This document shows positions 44,670 through 49,956 of a DNA stretch of 49,956 nucleotides, in pieces. A model generated the notes under the pieces. The model did no database searches. It worked only from the letters and a program-made list of their open reading frames with translations, and was not told the origin of the DNA. Source of the stretch: Methanobacteriota archaeon (GTDB lineage: Archaea; Thermoplasmatota; E2; DHVEG-1); the NCBI GenBank assembly GCA_017885605.1, contig JAFNFT010000037.1:389-50344 (forward strand), given 5' to 3'. The first letter of the stretch is position 1. Each line of letters opens with the position of its first letter. The translations under genes and the position numbers were made by a program.

Positions 44670-45704
44670 ATGAAACAAGCAATCGTGTATCATGAGGATT
44701 ATAACAAATACGACCTTGGCACGGACCATCCTCTTATTGGTGATAAACCAAGGAGCATCATGTCGTACCTGAAAGAAAAAAACTTGCTTTCTGATTTTCA
44801 GGTTTTTACCCCGAAAAAAGCGACAGAGGCAGATTTACTCAAAGTCCATGCTCCCACCTACGTGGAGCATATAAAAAAACTGAGTCAAACCGGTGGATGG
44901 CTCTCAGAGGATACGCCTGCTCCGAAAGGTATTTTTGAGGTTGCAAGCCTTGCGGCTGGTGGGAGCATGTGTGCCGGTGAAAAACTTTTTGAAGGATTTC
45001 AGGTCGCGGTCAACCCCTTGGGTGGTTTTCATCATGCAAGCAAAGGGCATTCCTCAGGGTTCTGTTTCTTCAACGATATCGCTGTCACCATCGAGTTCCT
45101 CCGACAGAACCATCATCTGAAGCGATTCATGATTATCGATGTGGATGTCCATCATGGGAACGGCACTCAAGATATCTATATCGATGATCGTACCGTGCTG
45201 AATCTGTCGTTTCATCAGGATGGACGGACGCTCTATCCTGGGACCGGGAGTGTGGAGACTCTTGGACGGGATGATGCTGCAGGTTATACGATTAACCTTC
45301 CACTTCCTCCAGGTACCGGTGGTACGAGTTATTTCAACGCATTTAAAGAAATTGTTCCCCCGGTCACCAGACAGTTCAAACCGGACATCATCCTCTATCA
45401 ATCTGGTGTTGATACACATCATGCAGACCCGCTTGCGGATCTGAATCTCACCTATCAGACCTATTATTATCTGGCAAAACTGGTCGCAGAGCTTTCAAAA
45501 GAAACCTGTCAAAAGCTGCTTGTTTTGCTTGGTGGCGGATATAATAGTATTGCATGCATTAAATCATACTATAATGTTTTCTGTGGTCTTTTGGGAAAAC
45601 AAGAGTATCTGGAAGAAGAGGACATCCCTGATTTCGATCCTGGGGCAGTCAAACAGGTTGTTTCCCAGTTGAAAGCGTCCCTGAGCGAGTATTGGATGCT
45701 GTAA
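44670..45704 (+). CDS. Histone-deacetylase family (AcuC/HdaI-like) Zn-dependent deacetylase
   Basis: HP, DTP, GGFHHA...SGFCFFND, DVDVHHGNGTQ, SFHQ, YPGTG, NLPL, GVDTH..DPL, GGGY. Confidence 0.93.
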   Translation: MKQAIVYHEDYNKYDLGTDHPLIGDKPRSIMSYLKEKNLLSDFQVFTPKKATEADLLKVHAPTYVEHIKKLSQTGGWLSEDTPAPKGIFEVASLAAGGSMCAGEKLFEGFQVAVNPLGGFHHASKGHSSGFCFFNDIAVTIEFLRQNHHLKRFMIIDVDVHHGNGTQDIYIDDRTVLNLSFHQDGRTLYPGTGSVETLGRDDAAGYTINLPLPPGTGGTSYFNAFKEIVPPVTRQFKPDIILYQSGVDTHHADPLADLNLTYQTYYYLAKLVAELSKETCQKLLVLLGGGYNSIACIKSYYNVFCGLLGKQEYLEEEDIPDFDPGAVKQVVSQLKASLSEYWML

Positions 45705-45719
45705 TCTTTCTCCTGGTAA

Positions 45720-49367
<3,648 letters not shown>

Positions 49368-49420
49368 AAAAAAGGAATTTTTTTCTTTTTTCTTATTTTT
49401 TTTTAATAAAAAAAATTAAA
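49368..49420 (+). terminator. Oligo-T tract, probable archaeal transcription terminator after nifJ
   Basis: Long T-runs (tttttttcttttttcttattttttttt) immediately after the stop codon. Confidence 0.5.
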
Positions 49421-49498
49421 AGTGACGATAGCTATATATAATCGTCTCTGGTTTCGAGGCTACTGTGCCCTACAAGGTTTTATATGGAGGGAAGCACG

Positions 49499-49956
49499 AT
49501 GAATGGTCCGAAACTTGATAAAATATTTAAACCAAAAAGTATCGCGATAATCGGTGCAAGTGATACCATTGGAACCGCTGGATATCGAATTTTTAGAAAT
49601 CTGATTGGCGTTGGGTATGAAGGCGTTGTGTACCCCGTGAATATAAAACGAGAAAGTATACAAGGAGTACAAGCGTATCCAACGATCAACGAGGTCCCAA
49701 AAGTTGTTGACCTTGCTATTATTGTCACGCCAGCACCCGTTGTCTGTGATATCGTTGAACAGTGTGGGATTCGAGGTATTAAAGGTATTCTGATTATTTC
49801 TGCTGGGTTTAAAGAAATCGGACCTGAGGGGGTTGCTCGAGAACAACAACTCCTTGAACTAAAGAAAAAATATGATTTGATTATCGTCGGACCAAATTGT
49901 GTCGGTTTCATCATGCCGTACCTGAATTTAAATGCGACATTCGCAGGTTCCATGCC
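49499..49956 (+). CDS. Acetate--CoA ligase (ADP-forming) family protein, N-terminal CoA-binding domain (3'-truncated; absent from ORF track)
   Basis: Manual translation: MNGPKLDKIFKPKSIAIIGASD...VYPVN...VDLAIIVTPA...IISAGFKEIG.EG...IVGPNCVG...LNATFA. GGAGG SD upstream. Confidence 0.9.
   Translation, partial: MNGPKLDKIFKPKSIAIIGASDTIGTAGYRIFRNLIGVGYEGVVYPVNIKRESIQGVQAYPTINEVPKVVDLAIIVTPAPVVCDIVEQCGIRGIKGILIISAGFKEIGPEGVAREQQLLELKKKYDLIIVGPNCVGFIMPYLNLNATFAGSM

Noticed and set aside
49460-49953. Minus-strand ORFs of 129 and 157 aa at the window end
   Set aside because: They are antisense to the clearly recognisable plus-strand acyl-CoA ligase family gene.

Overview
Gene-dense archaeal chromosomal window. 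It carries GatDE, RadB, Dph2, Nob1, GINS, L44e/S27e/aIF2-alpha/Nop10 and GGTGA/GAGGTG ribosome-binding sites. The gene set and secreted-protein style suggest an anaerobic Thermoplasmatota lineage such as MBG-D/DHVEG-1 (inference). Contents in order: pstSCAB plus a stand-alone AbrB-type regulator; bioY; hisS-nob1-signal peptidase; a 909-aa charged repeat protein with a C-terminal HhH-like domain; nadA-iscS-queC; a deaminase/DUF401/kinase/dph2/radB run; secreted proteins; the conserved gins-rpl44e-rps27e-aIF2a-nop10-PAC2 cluster; msrA; peptide and amino-acid catabolism genes; class II ribonucleotide reductase; divergent gatD/gatE; an mvhG-mvhA-protease-mvhD hydrogenase operon; and an HDAC / single-chain PFOR / acyl-CoA-ligase-family cluster. 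I saw no CRISPR array, rRNA, intact tRNA, transposase or integrase. Best leads: an unannotated small gene split at an A-AAA-AAG slippery site behind mvhD, the 94-aa-repeat charged-helix/HhH protein, a tandem pair of small paralogues next to a Zn-finger/DUF559-like gene, a candidate C-terminal sorting domain on a secreted protein, and a possible acetylation switch around PFOR. All family assignments are from motif recognition by eye; no searches were run.
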